A stretch of DNA of 64,000 nt, taken from Malacoraja senta. Lineage: Eukaryota. The stretch covers positions 21,454,001-21,518,000 of the forward strand of contig CM075989.1 of the NCBI GenBank assembly GCA_038087875.1, written 5' to 3'. Below the pieces are notes generated by a model. The model was not told where the DNA came from and searched no databases. It saw nothing but the letters and a program-made list of their open reading frames with translations. The translations under genes were made by a program, and so were the position numbers. Positions 38,205 to 51,102 of the stretch are shown here, piece by piece; the first letter of the stretch is position 1; each line of letters starts with the position of its first letter.

Positions 38205-38712
38205 CATAGATACATAGAAAATAGGTGCAGGAGTAGGCCATTCGGCCCTTCGAGCCTGCACCGCCATTCAATATGATCATGGCTGATCATCCAACTCAGT
38301 ATCCCGTACCTGCCTTCTCTCCATACCCTCTGATCCCTTTAGCCACAAGGGCCACATCTAACTCCCTCTTAAATATAGCCAATGAACTGGCCTCAACTAC
38401 CCTCTGTGGCAGAGAGTTCCAGAGATTCACCACTCTCTGTGTGAAAAAGTTTTTCCTCATTTCGGTCTTAAAGGATTTCCCCCTTATCCTTAAGCTGTGA
38501 CCCCTTGTCCTGGACTTCCCCAACATCGGGAACAATCTTCCTGCATCTAGCCTGTCCAACCCCATAAGAATTTTGTACGTTTCTATAAGATCCCCTCTCA
38601 ATCTCCTAAATTCTAGCGAGTATAAGCCCAAGTCTATCCAGTCTTTCTTCATATGAAAGTCCTGACATCCCAGGAATCAGTCTGGTGAACCTTCTTTGCA
38701 CTCCCTCTATGG
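38205..38712 (-). mobile_element. CR1 3' fragment, same subfamily as 45326-49124
   Basis: ORF 38296..38652 LGLYSLEFRRLRGDLIETYKIL...; (TTTCTATG)-type tail. Confidence 0.92.
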
Positions 38713-38730
38713 CTAGAGGGAGTGCAAAGA

Positions 38731-39035
38731 GATAGTTCAGAGACACAGCGTGGAAACAGGCCCATCGGACCACCGGGTCCGCGCCTTCCAGCGATCCCCG
38801 TACGTTGACACCATCCTACACCCACGAGGATTACATTTACCAAGCCAATTAACCTACAAACCTGCACGTCGTTGGAGTGTGGGAGGAAAACCGAACATCT
38901 TGGAGAAAACCCACGCAGGTCACGGGGAGAACGTACAAACTCCGTACAGACAGCACCCATAGTCGGGATCGAACCCGGGTCTCCGGCGCTGCATTCGCTG
39001 TAAGGCAGCAACTCTACCGCTGCTCCACCGCGACC
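38731..39035 (-). mobile_element. Full-length V-SINE
   Basis: Head GGCGGTCGCGGTGGAGCAGCGGTAGAG, B-box, central block, tail. Confidence 0.88.
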
Positions 39036-39487
39036 GCCTTTGGATTTCTCGGAGGGATACACCATGGCGGAGGTAGGAAGCTCTAGGGACGCGGTGCGGA
39101 GCCCAACAGGTACGGGGAACAAGGTGGGACCCAGCCACCGATGAGAACAAAGACAGGTCTCGAAGACCAGAGAGACGAGGAGGAGGGATAGAAGTGGGCC
39201 GGTGGGACAGGGACCGGGGAATTGCTGCCAGAGCCTTCAAGGTCGGCTGCAGGAGGCTTCCCCCAGGACACAGAGGCGATCGGGTGAGGAGAGGGACGTC
39301 GGTTGGTAGGCCGAGCCGGTCGAGGGTGACGGAGGAGGCCCTGCAGCAGACTTGGGGCTTATTTGGATCGGGGCACTCCAATACATCCAGACTCTGGACT
39401 TTTGTAAATGGCACCAAAATATGGCGCCGGATGTGTGAGAACTTCACCGTGCAGTGTATGGGTGACAATAAAGAACCATTGAACCAT
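39036..39487 (+). mobile_element. GC-rich non-coding retroelement with Rex1-like tail
   Basis: Blocks shared with 31126-32105; ends TGACAATAAAGAACCATTGAACCAT. Confidence 0.5.
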
Positions 39488-39641
39488 CTGTCCTTACTGC
39501 CAGAACAATAAGCTATATAGCTTTGAGATAATTGAACTCTGAGGACAATAATTCTTCTTTGTTACAACCGCATATTCCTCACATAAAATCAAATTTCTCC
39601 AATGGATGACTAGTTCTTATCTGCCCATTGTACCATAGATA

Positions 39642-40076
39642 CAAGAGTCAAGAGAGTTTATCGTCATGTGTCCCAGATAGGACAATTAAATTCTTGCTTT
39701 GCTGCAGCACCACAGAATGTGTAAACATAATACAGAACAGGAGATAAAAGTTCAGTGTGTCTATATACCATAGACCATATATATACACAATAAATAAACA
39801 GATAAAGTGCAATAGTAATAATAGACTGTTACTGTTCAGAGCTTGTTTGATGTTGTGTTTGATAGCCTGATGGCTGTGGGGAAGTAGCTGTTCCTGAACC
39901 TGGATGTTCCAGATTTCAAGCTCCTGTACCTTCTTCCCAATGGCAACGGAGAGATGAGTGTGTGGCCAGGGTGGTGTGGGTCTTTGATGATGTTGGCAGC
40001 CTTTTTGAGGCAGCGACTGTGATAGATCCCTTCGATGTTGGGGAGGTAGGAGCTGATGATGGATTGGGCAGTGGTC
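39642..40076 (-). mobile_element. Rex1/Babar LINE 3' fragment
   Basis: Minus strand translates TAQSIISSYLPNIEGIYHSRCLKKAANIIKDPHHPGHTLISPLPLGRRYRSLKSGTSRFRNSYFPTAIRL, the typical Rex1 ORF end; TGACGATAAA plus short-repeat tail. Confidence 0.88.
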
Positions 40077-40687
40077 TCTAATGTCAGCTTCCCAAATCGT
40101 ATCTCATGGACAGATCCACCATCTGCATTTGTCCTTTCAATTTATGATTTGGCTAATTTCCCAGAATTATTTTTATTTGACTGCAAGACCAAGCCTTGCA
40201 GTTTATAGCAGACATTTAGAAGGATACGTATAATTGTAGCTTTAAAAAAAATATATAGTTACTTGTTATATTTTAGATCTTTTACTTCTAGTTGATTCCT
40301 CATGTATAAGTTCAGCAGGGGCTGTATTTCGCTGCCAAATGTTGGCCTTTTTATTGATTTTGGCAAAGTCATGTTTGGGCACCATATCTACTGATCTCAC
40401 TGTTCCCTTTGAGGCATTATCATTTTTTTGTGTGTGAGGACCAAAAAGCATAAAGAAAATGAATATCTTACAATCTGGGGAGCAAACAAACATGGTTATG
40501 GAGAAGATGAGAAGAAAGTTTGTTCCACTGGTGACCTTTGCTGGATAGTCAATTCAATGAGAGATGCACACTTCATAATTGGTTGGATTCAAGGCGTATA
40601 TGTTCAAAAAGCCCAGAGTTTAGCAGAGTCAAGGAACTGTAGGTGTCAGAGTCTTGAGGAAAATGCAAAGTGCTGGAGGAGCCATCT

Positions 40688-40987
40688 TGGTGGAGCAGCG
40701 TTAGAGTTGCTGCCTTACAGCGCAAGAGACCCCGGTTCGATCCTGACTACCTGTGCTGTCTGTACGGAGTTTATACATGAACTGCGTGGCTTTTCTCCAG
40801 TAGCTCCAGTTTCCTACCGCACTACAAAGATGTACAGATTTGTAGGCAAATTGGCCTAGTATAATTGTAAATTGTCCTAGTGTTTGCAGGATAGCGTTAG
40901 TGTGTGGGGATCGCTAGTTAGTACAGACCCGAAACGGGCCGAAAGGCCTGTTTCCATGCTGTATCTCTAAACTAAACTAAACTAAAC
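40688..40987 (+). mobile_element. V-SINE
   Basis: A/B boxes, central block, (CTAAA)n tail. Confidence 0.85.
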
Positions 40988-41742
40988 ACAGCAGGTCAGG
41001 CAGCATCTCTGGATGATATGGAAGATGACGTTTCAGGTTGGGACCCTTCCTCAGAGTCTGAAGAAGGGGTCCTGACCCAAAATATGGCCTATCCATGTCC
41101 TTCTGAGATGCCTTCTCACCCGCTGAGCTCCCCCAGCATTTTGTAATTTGCTGTGGAGTTTTGCACTTGAGTTGGGAACATACATGGTGTTGGTATAATA
41201 CCATAATATAATTTCTGCATCGATGACATAACATTATTTCAGAATTCAGATGAGATATTCTCACCTAAACATTATTCCTAAACATGACCAGTAATGATTA
41301 TTTTCCTGGTGAAAATATATCCAAATATATTGATAGTTTGTAACTTCAGATATATGGGAAGTATGATTAGTGGGGTGGATGGATGAGTACAAAGATATTA
41401 ATTCAAATCTTTATTACCAGTTGTCAATTGGGTTCTAATAATTAGCAACCATGTTTAATATGGGCCGGCAGTGCTCATCCAATATCAAGATTATCACTAT
41501 AAGAGTCTTGGTGCTTTGAGTTACGCTTGTTAACTATTTAGATGTAGAGGCAGAGATTCATACCAAGTACTCAGTCAGATTAAAGCTTAGAGTTCAGGAA
41601 CATGGCATGGAAAAAGGCCCTTCAGCCCAGACAGTCCATGCCAACCATTGATCACCCATTCGCACTGGTCCTGAGGAAGGATCTCGACCCAAAACGTCAC
41701 CTATTCCTTTTCTCCAGAGATGGTGTTTGACCCGATGAGTTA

Positions 41743-42050
41743 AGGGCCTGTCCCACTGTACGAGGTAATTCAAGAGTTCTCCCGAGTTTCCCCTGATTCG
41801 AACTGGGAGAATTACGGTAATAGCCGTTCGCAGGTACTCGGGGCTCTCGTGGACATTTTTCACAGTGCTGAAAAAACTTCACGACCTTACAGCGTTTCCC
41901 GAGTACCTGCCGTTAGCGTTACGAGCCGCTAAGAGACGCCCCGAGCTCCGACGTACCCGCTACGTACATTCTGCGTACTTACCACGAGTTTGATTTTTTT
42001 TTTTAACTCGAGAGAGCTCTTGGGTAAACTCGTATAGTGGGACAGGCCCT
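41743..42050. mobile_element. PIF/Harbinger-type MITE (308 bp)
   Basis: TIRs AGGGCCTGTCCCACTGTACGAG / CTCGTATAGTGGGACAGGCCCT; TTA TSD at 41740-41742 and 42051-42053. Confidence 0.9.
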
Positions 42051-42659
42051 TTACACCAGCTATTAGTGTCTATCTTCAGTCTAGTTCTACGTTATCCCAC
42101 CTTTGTAACCTACACACAATTTTACAGAAGCCAATTTTACTACAAACCTGCGGGTCTTTGGGATGTGGGAGGAATCCGGAGCACCCAGAGAAAGCCCACG
42201 CGGTCACAGGGAGAACGTACAGACTCCGCACAGACAGCAACCCGTAATAAGGATCAAACCCAGGTATCTGGCGCTGTGAGGCAGCAACTCTACCGTTGCG
42301 CCACTATGCCGTAAAAAATGCTGATGGTTTTAATCCATCACCTTTCATTGGTAACTGAAAAGCACATAACACAGTGCAAGGTGGACGTGAGATTGGTTGG
42401 AAATTGTGTCTTGTTGCATGTTCCATATGCTGGATTAAGTTGTATTGGTTTGGATGGTTAGACTTGGCAATCCAACAATATACTAGGAGAATGTATCTGA
42501 GGGAAGATTTATTGAACACATTTAAGACTGTTTTCCAAGCCGAAAACAAGATCTTGATGAATTAGTTAAATCCAGCTGCGAAATGTTCACTGTATTTATG
42601 AAGTTATGTTAATTAATTCATGGTGTCAACCAAGATTCAGTTATCATCTCACTCACTTA

Positions 42660-42992
42660 GTCAGAGAGTCAAAAAATGATACAACATGGAAACAGGCCCT
42701 TCGGCCCCACTTGCCCACACTTACCCACCTGCCAGCATTTGGTCCATATCCCTCCAAACCTGTCCTATCCATGGACCTGTCTAACTGTTTCTTAAATGTT
42801 GGGATAGTCCCAGCCTCAACTACCTCCTCTGGCAGCTTGTTCCATAAACCCACCATTGTTTGTGCGAAAAAGTTACCCCTCGGATTCCTATTAAATATTT
42901 TCCCCTTCACCTTAAACCTATGTCCTCTGGTCCACGATTCACCTACTCTGGGCAAGAGACTCTGTGCGTTTACCCGATCTATTCCTCTCATG
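42660..42992 (-). mobile_element. HER1/CR1 3' fragment
   Basis: ORF 42653..42991 TRGHRFKV...WNKLPEEVVEAG; tail shared with the V-SINEs. Confidence 0.88.
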
Positions 42993-43194
42993 ACAAAGGT
43001 TGAGATTCAAGTCACTCACCGGAGATCTGAGCAGGTAAGATATTAAAAGATGTCAATGTCAGAAATAAACAAGCCTGACCTATCCTTTCACAACTTTGCC
43101 TCTTTATATGGTTGACAATGCAGATAGATGGCATTAAACTAAGGGTTGACATTGAACACAGATACAGTAGATATGTTTAAAGTGGTGGGCAGCT

Positions 43195-43580
43195 TACTTA
43201 CAACCCAGCCGTATGAATATTGATTTCTCTAACTTCAAGTAACCCTTGCATCCCCTCTCTCTCCGTCCCTCCACCACCCAAGTCCTTGAACTAGTTTCAA
43301 AGTCGTCCTGTCGAGTCTCATTGTCTGTAACTCCTTTTCCCCTAGCCACACCTGTTTCCTTTATAATCGGCACTTTTTTTGCACATCTTTCATTTATTTG
43401 TTCTCTACCTCTCTCCACCACCATTTATATCTCTCCTTTCCCTTTCCCCGGACTCTCAGTCTGACGAAGGGTCTCGACCCATCCATTTTCCCCAGAGATG
43501 CTGTCTGGTCCACTGAGTTACTCCAGCTTTTTATGTCCATCTTCGGTTTAAACCAGCACCTGCAGTTCCTTCCTACACAT
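43195..43580 (+). mobile_element. PLE 3' fragment
   Basis: ORF end LQPSRMNIDFSNFK*, UTR, CTGACGAAGGGTCTCGACCC (GAAA half deleted), tail. Confidence 0.8.
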
Positions 43581-43742
43581 TCAAACTAATGGGGACAGAT
43601 CCTTGGTTGAAAATGAATTTGCAGTTGGGAACTCATCCCTGTTTGGAAGTGGAAATGAACAGCGATGCCATGAATCTCCATACCGCAAATCACCATGACC
43701 TAAATCCTTCCCTTTGAACCCATGCCTGTGACCTACTTAAGT

Positions 43743-44695
43743 ATAACCATATAATATAACCATATAACCATAACAGCACGGAAACAGGCCATCTCGGCCC
43801 TTCAAGTCCGTGCCGAACATTTTTTTAAATTTTTTTTTAATTAAAAATAAATACTTCCCCCTAGTCCCATCTACCTGCACTCAGACCATAACCCTCCATT
43901 CCTTTCCCGTCCATATACCCATCCAATCTATTTTTAAAGGATAACATCGAACCTGCCTCCACCACTTCCACTGGAAGCTCATTCCACACAGCTACCACTC
44001 TCTGAGTAAAGAAGTTCCCCCTAATGTTCCCCCTAAACTTCTGTCCCTTAATTCTCAACTCATGTCCCCTTGTTTGAATCTTCCCTACTCTCAATGGGAA
44101 AAGCTTATCCATGTCCACTCTGCCTAACCCGCTCATAATTTTAAAGACCTCTATCAAATCCCCTCTTAGCCTTCTGCGCTCCAAAGAATAAAGACCTAAC
44201 TTGTTCAACCTTTCTCTGTAACTTAGTTGCTGAAACCCAGGCAACATCCTAGTAAATCTCCTCTGTACTCTCTCTATTTTGTTGACATCCTTCCTATAAT
44301 TAGGCGACCAAAATTGTACTCCATACTCCAGAATTGGCCTCACCAATGCCTTGTACAATTTTAACATTACATCCCAACTTCTATATTCAATGCTCTGATT
44401 TATAAAGGCCAGCACACCAAAAGCTTTCTTTACCACCCTATCTACATGAGATTCCATCTTCAGGGAACTATGCACAGTTATTCCTAGATCCCTCTGTTCA
44501 ACTGCATTCCTCAATTTGCTACCATTTACCGTGTACGTCCTATTTTGATTTGTCCTGCCGAGATGTAGCACCTCACATTTGTCAGCATTAAACTCCATCT
44601 GCCATCTTTCAGCCCACTCTTCCAAATGGCCTAAATCTCTCTGTAGACTTTGAAAATCTACTTCATTATCCACAACACCACCTATCTTAGTATCA
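43743..44695 (-). mobile_element. Young CR1 5'-truncated copy; 270-aa intact ORF2 C-terminus
   Basis: ORF 43861..44673 LQRDL..LEEWAERWQMEFNADKC..RDLG..LVRPILEY..TRGH; (TTATATGG)n tail; near-identical to 55776-56264. Confidence 0.95.
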
Positions 44696-45339
44696 GTACA
44701 GTAGGTACAATTCAGAAAGGGACCAATTTTAACAAATCAAAGCTGTAATGTACTATAATGATGGCATTGAGCTGCAGAGAACTGCTCCTTCTGCATTTGG
44801 ACCTTTTCACAATAATAATGTAACAGAGGGGGAAATTTTGGTCACATTTTATCACAAGGGACAATTTTAACACACACTAGGGACAATTAATCTACAAACA
44901 TGTACATCTTTAGAGTGTGGGAGGAAACCGCAGCACCCAGAGAAATCCCAAACAGGTCACTTCTTGCTATTGAGGGAGAGCAGCATAGGTTTACAAGGTT
45001 AATTCCCGGGATGGCAGGACTGTCATATGCTGAGAGAATGGAGCGGCTGGGCTTGTACACTCTGGAGTTTAGAAGGATGAGAGGGAATCTTATTGAAACA
45101 TATCATATTGTTAAGGGTTTGGCAACGCTAGAGGCAGGAAACATGTTCCCGATGTTGGGGGAGTCCAGAACCAGGGGCCACAGTTTAAGAATAAGGGGTA
45201 AGCCATTTAGAACGGAGACGAGGAAACACTTTTTCACACAGAGAGTGGTGAGTCTGTGGAATTCTCTGCCTCAGAGGGCGGTGGAGGCCGGTTCTCTGGA
45301 TACTTTCAAGAGAGAGCTAGATAGGCACCATGGGTGGCT

Positions 45340-45867
45340 CTGCGGCACAGGAGGGGGGAAAAAAGAGTGGAAGGGCAATACTAATAGGGGATTCAATTGT
45401 AAGGGGAATAGATAGGCGTTTCTGCGGCCGCAAACGAGACTCCAGGATGGTATGTTCCCTCCCTGGTGCAAGGGTCAGGGATGCAGAACATTCTGGAGGG
45501 GGAGGGTGAACAGCCAGTTGTCGTGGTGCATATTGGCACCAACGATATAGGTAAAAAAAGGGATGAGGTCCTACAAGGTGAATTTAGGGAGCTAGGAAAT
45601 AAACTTAAAAGTAGGACCTCAAAGGTAATAATCTCTGGATTACTGCCAGTACCACAGGCCAGTCAGTGTAGAAATAGGAGGATATTGCGGATGAATACGT
45701 GGCTTGAAAAATGGCGCAAGGGGGAGGGATTCCAATTTATAGGGCATTGGAACCAGTTCTGGGGGAGGTGGGACCAGTACAAACAGGATGGTCTGCACCT
45801 GGGCTGGAATGGAACCAATGTCCTTGGGGGAGTGTTTGCTAGTGCTGTCGGGGAGGATTTAAACTAA
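45340..45867 (+). pseudogene. CR1 ORF1 C-terminal SGNH/GDSL esterase domain, frameshifted
   Basis: IGDSIVRG (45384-45407), VVHIGTND and DGLHL motifs, i.e. SGNH blocks I, III and V. Confidence 0.88.
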
Positions 45868-46052
45868 TGTGGCAGGGGGATGGGTGCAAGAGCAGAGAGG
45901 CAGGGGGGTGTAAAATGAGGGTAGAAGCAATAGGTAGCAAGGTGAAAAGTAGAAGTGGCAGGCAGACAAATCCAGGGCAAAAATCATAAAGGGCCACTTT
46001 TCAACATAATTGTATAAGGGGTAAGAGTGTTGTAAAGACAAGCCTGAAGGCT

Positions 46053-49028
46053 TTGTATCTTAATTCAAGGAGCATTCGTAATAAGGTGGATGAGTTGAAT
46101 GTGCAGATAGTTATTAATGAATATGATATAGTTGGGATCACGGAGACAGGGCTCCAGGGTGACCAAGGCTGGGAGCTGAACATTCAGGGATATTCAATAT
46201 TCAGGAGGGATAGACAGAAAGGAAAAGGAGGCGGGGTAGCGTTGCTGGTTAGAAAGGAGATTAACACAATAGAAAGGAAGGACATTAGCTTGGAGGATGT
46301 GGAATCGATATGGGTAGAGCTGCGAAACACTAAGGGGCAGAAAACGCTAGTGGGAGTTGTGTACAGGCCACCTAGCAGTAGTAGTGGAGTTGGGGATGGC
46401 ATCAAACAGGAAATTAGAAACGCGTGCAACAAAGGTAAAACCATTATAATGGGTCTTCAATCTACATATAGATTGGGTGAATCAAATTGGCAGGGGTGCT
46501 GAGGAAGAAGATTTCTTGGAATGTATGCGGGATAGTTTTCTAAACCAACATGTAGAGGAACCAACGAGAGAGCAGGCTATTCTAGACTGGGTATTGAGTA
46601 ATGAGGAAGGGTTAGTTAGCAGTCTTGTTGTGCGTGGCCCCTTGGGCAAGAGTGACCATAATATGGTTGAGTTCTTCATTTGGATGGAGATTGACATTGT
46701 TAATTCAGAAACAAAGGTCCTGAACTTAAAGAAAGGTGACTTTGAGGGTATGAGATGTGAATTGGCCAAGATAGACTGGCCAATGATTCTTAAAGGGTTG
46801 ATGGTGCATATGCAATGGAAGGCATTTAAAAACTGCATGGATGAACTACAACAAGTGTTCATCCCAGTTTGGCAAAAGAATAAATCAGGGAAGGTAGTGC
46901 ATCCGTGGATAACAAGGGAAATCAGGGATAGTATCAAAACAAAAGAGGAAGCCTACAAATTAGCCAGAACAAGCAGCCTACCAGAGGACTGGGAGAAATT
47001 CAGAGTCCAGCAGAGGAAGACAAAAGGCTTAATTAGGAAAGGGAAAATAGATTCTGAAAGAAAACTGGCAGGGAACATAAAAACTGACTGCAAAAGTCAG
47101 AAACAGGCAAATTGATCATGGGGAACAAGGACATGGCAGACCAATTGAATAATTACTTTGGTTCTGTCTTCACTAAGGAAGACATAAATAATCTGCTGGA
47201 AATAGCAAGGGACCGGGGGTTAAATGAGATGGAGGAACTGAGTGAAATCCAGCATAGCCGGGAAGTGGTGTTAGGTAAATTGAATGGATTAAAGGCCGAT
47301 AAATCCACAGGGCCGGATAAGTTGCATCCCAGAGTACTTAAGGAAGTAGCCGCAGAAATACTGGATGCATTAGTGATAATTTTTCAAAACTCTTTAGATT
47401 CTGGAGTAGTTCCTGAGGACTGGAGGGTAGCTAATGTAACCCCACTTTTTAAAAAGGGAGGGAGAGGGAAAACAGGGAATTACAGACCAGTTAGTCTAAC
47501 ATCGGTGGTGGGGAAAATTCTGGAGTCAGTTATTAAAGATGGGATAGCGGCACATTTGGAAAGTGGTGAGTTCATTGGACAAAGTCAGCATGGATTTATG
47601 AAAGGTAAATCATGTCTGACGAATCTTATAGAATTTTTCGAGGATGTAACTAGTAGAGAGGATAAGGGAGAACCAGTGGATGTGTTATATCTGGACTTTC
47701 AGAAGGCTTTCGACAAGGTCCCACATAAGAGATTAGCATTAGAGATTAGAGATTCCTTTATTTGTCATTCAGACCTTTCGGTCTGAACGAAATTTCGTTG
47801 CCTGCAGTCATACATATAATAATCAATAACAAAACACACAATAAACACAAATTAACATCCACCACAGTGAGTTCACCAGGCACCTCCTCACTGTGATGGA
47901 GGCAAAAGTCTTAAAGTCTCTGTCTCTTCCCTCCTTGTTCTCCCTCTGCGCTGAGGTGATCCAGGCTTCTGATGTACAAACTTAAAGCACATAGTATTGG
48001 GGGTTCAGTATTGATGTGGATAGAGAACTGGCTGGCAGACAGGAAGCAAAGAGTAGGAGTAAATGGGTCCTTTTCAGAATGGCAGGCAGTGACTAGTGGG
48101 GTACCGCAAGGCTCAGTGCTGGGACCCCAGCTATTTACAATATATATTAATGACCTGGATGAGGGAATTGAATGCAACATCTCCAAGTTTGCGGATGACA
48201 CGAAGCTAGGGGGCAGTGTTAGCTGTGAGGAGGATGCTAGGAGGCTGCAAGGTGACTTGGATAGGTTGGGTGAGTGGGCAAAGGCATGGCAGATGCAGTA
48301 TAATGTGGATAAATGTGAGGTTATCCACTTTGGTGGCAAAAACAGGAAAGTAGACTATTATCTGAATTGTGGCCGATTAGGAAAAGGGGAGATGCAACGA
48401 GACCTGGGTGTCTTGGTACACCAGTCATTGAAAGTAGGAATGCAGGTGCAGCCGGCAGTGAAGAAAGCAAATGGTATGTTAGCATTCATAGCAAAAGGAT
48501 TTGAGTATAAGAGCAGGGAGGTTCTACTGCAGTTGTACAGGGTCTTGGTGAGACCACACCTGGAGTATTGCGTACAGTTTTGGTCTCCTAATCTGAGGAA
48601 AGACATTCTTGCCATAGAGGGAGTGCAGAGAAGGTTCACCAGACTGATTCCTGGGATGGCAGGACTTTCATATGAGGAATGACTGGATAGACTTGGCTTG
48701 TACACGTTGGAATTCAGAAGACTGAGGGGGGATCTTATAGAAACTTACAAAATTCTTAAGGGGTTGGATAGGCTAGGTGCAGGAAGATTGTTCCCAATGT
48801 TGGGGAAGTCCAGAACTAGGGGGTCACAGTTTAAGGATAAGAGGGAAGACTTTTAGGACCGAGATGAGGAAATCATTTTTTACACAGAGAGTGGTGAATC
48901 TGTGGAATTCTCTGCCACAGAAGGTAGTTGAGGCCAGTTCATTGGCTATATTTAAGAGGGAGTTAGATGTGGCCCTTGTGGCTAAAGGGATCAGGGGGTA
49001 TGGAGAGAAGGCAGGGATGGGATACTGA
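46053..49028 (+). pseudogene. CR1 ORF2 (APE endonuclease + reverse transcriptase), disrupted
   Basis: YLNSRS, ITET, VYRPP, SDHN (APE); NYRPVSLTS, QHGF, DFQKAFDKVPH, GVPQGSVLGP, KFADD (RT); frameshifts, stops and an insertion at 47740-47971. Confidence 0.95.
47740..47971 (-). mobile_element. Short retroelement inserted into the CR1 RT region
   Basis: Splits KRL|YKLKAH; same family as 36085-36365. Confidence 0.8.
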
Positions 49029-49627
49029 GTTGGATGATCAGCCATGATCATATCAAATGGCGGTGCAGGCTCGAAGGGCCGAATGGCCTACTCCTGCACC
49101 TATTTTCTATGTTTCTATGTTTCTATAGGGCTCTTAAAGATAGCGGGGTCAGGGGATATGGCGAGAAGGCAGGAACGGGGTACTGATTGGGGATGATCAG
49201 CCATGATCACATTGAATGGCGGTGCTGGCTCGAAGGGCCGAATGGCCTACTCCTGCACCTATTGTCTATTGTCTATAGTTTTGCAATTGATCAATCAGAT
49301 GGCATCTCTAGCAGCCATTTGTAAGGATGTGGTTTAATTCCTGAATTCTATAAAATGGTGATTTATTCTACAAAGCATCAGCAGAGTGGTGCCAGTGCCA
49401 GGTTATTCGTGTTAAAGTGTTAAATACTTTTTGTCTGAATGCCAGTGAAGCAAAGTTGAGAGGTATTTGCACCATTTCCATCATCCGTCAGAAACCTTTA
49501 ATTAATAATTGTGTTGGCTGTGATTCCCTGATTGTTTTTCACTGGGCTTTTCTCATTTATGTCAAGCTCAGTACTGGATTCATTGGGCTACGAGTTAGGT
49601 TCATATAGTGGAGTGTTGTTTAGTGTT

Positions 49628-50622
49628 TTTTTTATTTTTTTTATTTTATTTATTAGAAGTACATTACATTTTGATAGTACCTTTTTAAAGGTTCCCAGAA
49701 TTATTAAAACATTCTATGTACAACTTCCTTTTTATTTTTTATTTTTTAGAAAGAAATGAGAAAGAAAGAAGTAGTGAAGAGTAAAGAAAAGTCTAGTGAG
49801 TGTGAGATAAAGAAAAGAAATATGTAAGAAAGTGAAGCAGAAAGGAGATTCTCCCTCGCCACAAGTCGATCCTTTTTTATATTCTTAATCATTTTTCGCC
49901 CAAACCCAGAATTTTTTAATTTTACAATACTATTGCACCACATGAATCCTCAAGGTCAATAAATGGAGACCAACTCGTTAAGAATTGGTCTTGTTTATCT
50001 ATTCGGAGGAGTCTCATTTCTTCGAACTGGGCAGTTTCCAACATATTACCAATCCACATTTTGAGTGTTGGTATAGTAGCATTTTTCCAAAATTTAAGTA
50101 TGAGTTTTTTTGCTGTTATTAAACCATAATTTAAAAATGAAATTTGAGATATATTTAATTTGTTTCCGTCTCCTATTACTCCGAAGATAATCGTTTCCAT
50201 ATTAGGTTCCATTTTTATCTTAAATAAACTAGTAAATATATCAAATATATCACACCAAAATCCATGAAGTTTTGTGCAAGAAACGAAAGAATGTGTGATA
50301 TTGGCATTTTGAGAAAGACATTTATCACAGGTGGGAGAAATATTTGGATAAAATTTATTCAACCTAACTTTTGAATAATATAATCTATGTAATATTTTAA
50401 ATTGAATTAAATTATGTTTGGCGTTAATCAAACATTTATGTATATATATCAAATACCTCTCCCATGTTTCTTTAGAAATTTGTATTAATTAATTCTTTTT
50501 CCCAGTCTTCTCTAATTGCCTCTGTTGATGGCAATTCTCTATTAAGAATACTATTATATAAATATGATATTAATTTTTGTGAGTCCGCCTTAATATTCAT
50601 TGCTTCTTCCAATGAGTCTAAT
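49628..50622 (-). mobile_element. L1-clade LINE 3' fragment with poly(A) tail and 17-bp TSD
   Basis: ORF 49922..50452 QFKILHRLY...CDKC...H...C (L1 C-terminal Cys/His domain)...AKKLILKFWK; TSD GAGTGTTGTTTAGTGTT at 49611-49627 and 50623-50639. Confidence 0.92.
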
Positions 50623-50829
50623 GAGTGTTGTTTAGTGTTGAGTAACAGTTATCCCTCAATGGACATCATCAGCCTGAAAAAGGAGCAGGGTCTCAACCGG
50701 TAACGTCACACATTCCTTCTCTCCAGAGATCCTGCCTGTCCCACTGAGTTACTCCAGCTATTTGTGTCGATCTTCCCAAACCGAAATGTTGTTTGTCCAT
50801 TCCCTCCATAGATGCTGCCTGACCCCTGA

Positions 50830-51102
50830 GATTAGTTTAGTTTAGTTCAGAGATACAGCACGGAAACGCCAAGTCTACGCCGACCAGCGATCCCCGCACT
50901 TGAAACTATCCTACACACACTAGGGACAATTAATCTACAAACATGTGCGTCTTTGGAGTGTGGGAGGAAACCGCAGCACCCGGAGAAATCCCACACAGGT
51001 CACTGGGAGAACGTACAAACTCTGTACAGACAGCACCCGTAGTCAGGATCGAATCTGGATCACTGGCGCTGTGAGGCAGCAACTCTAAGGCTGCGCCACC
51101 GC
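50830..51102 (-). mobile_element. V-SINE
   Basis: Reverse complement of the consensus. Confidence 0.85.

Larger units (their letters stand above)
45326..49124 (+). mobile_element. 3.8-kb 5'-truncated CR1 LINE (ORF1 esterase, ORF2, 3' UTR)
   Basis: ATAGG duplicated at 45321-45325 and 49125-49129; (TTTCTATG)n tail. Confidence 0.93.
44958..49276 (+). mobile_element. Host CR1 3' fragment (44958-45325 and 49130-49276) split by a longer CR1
   Basis: GCTAGATAGG|GCTCTTAAA is rejoined after removing the insert; (CTATTGT)n tail. Confidence 0.88.

Noticed and set aside
40428..40859. 143-aa ORF as a host gene
   Set aside because: Runs through PLE and SINE fragments; no recognisable domain
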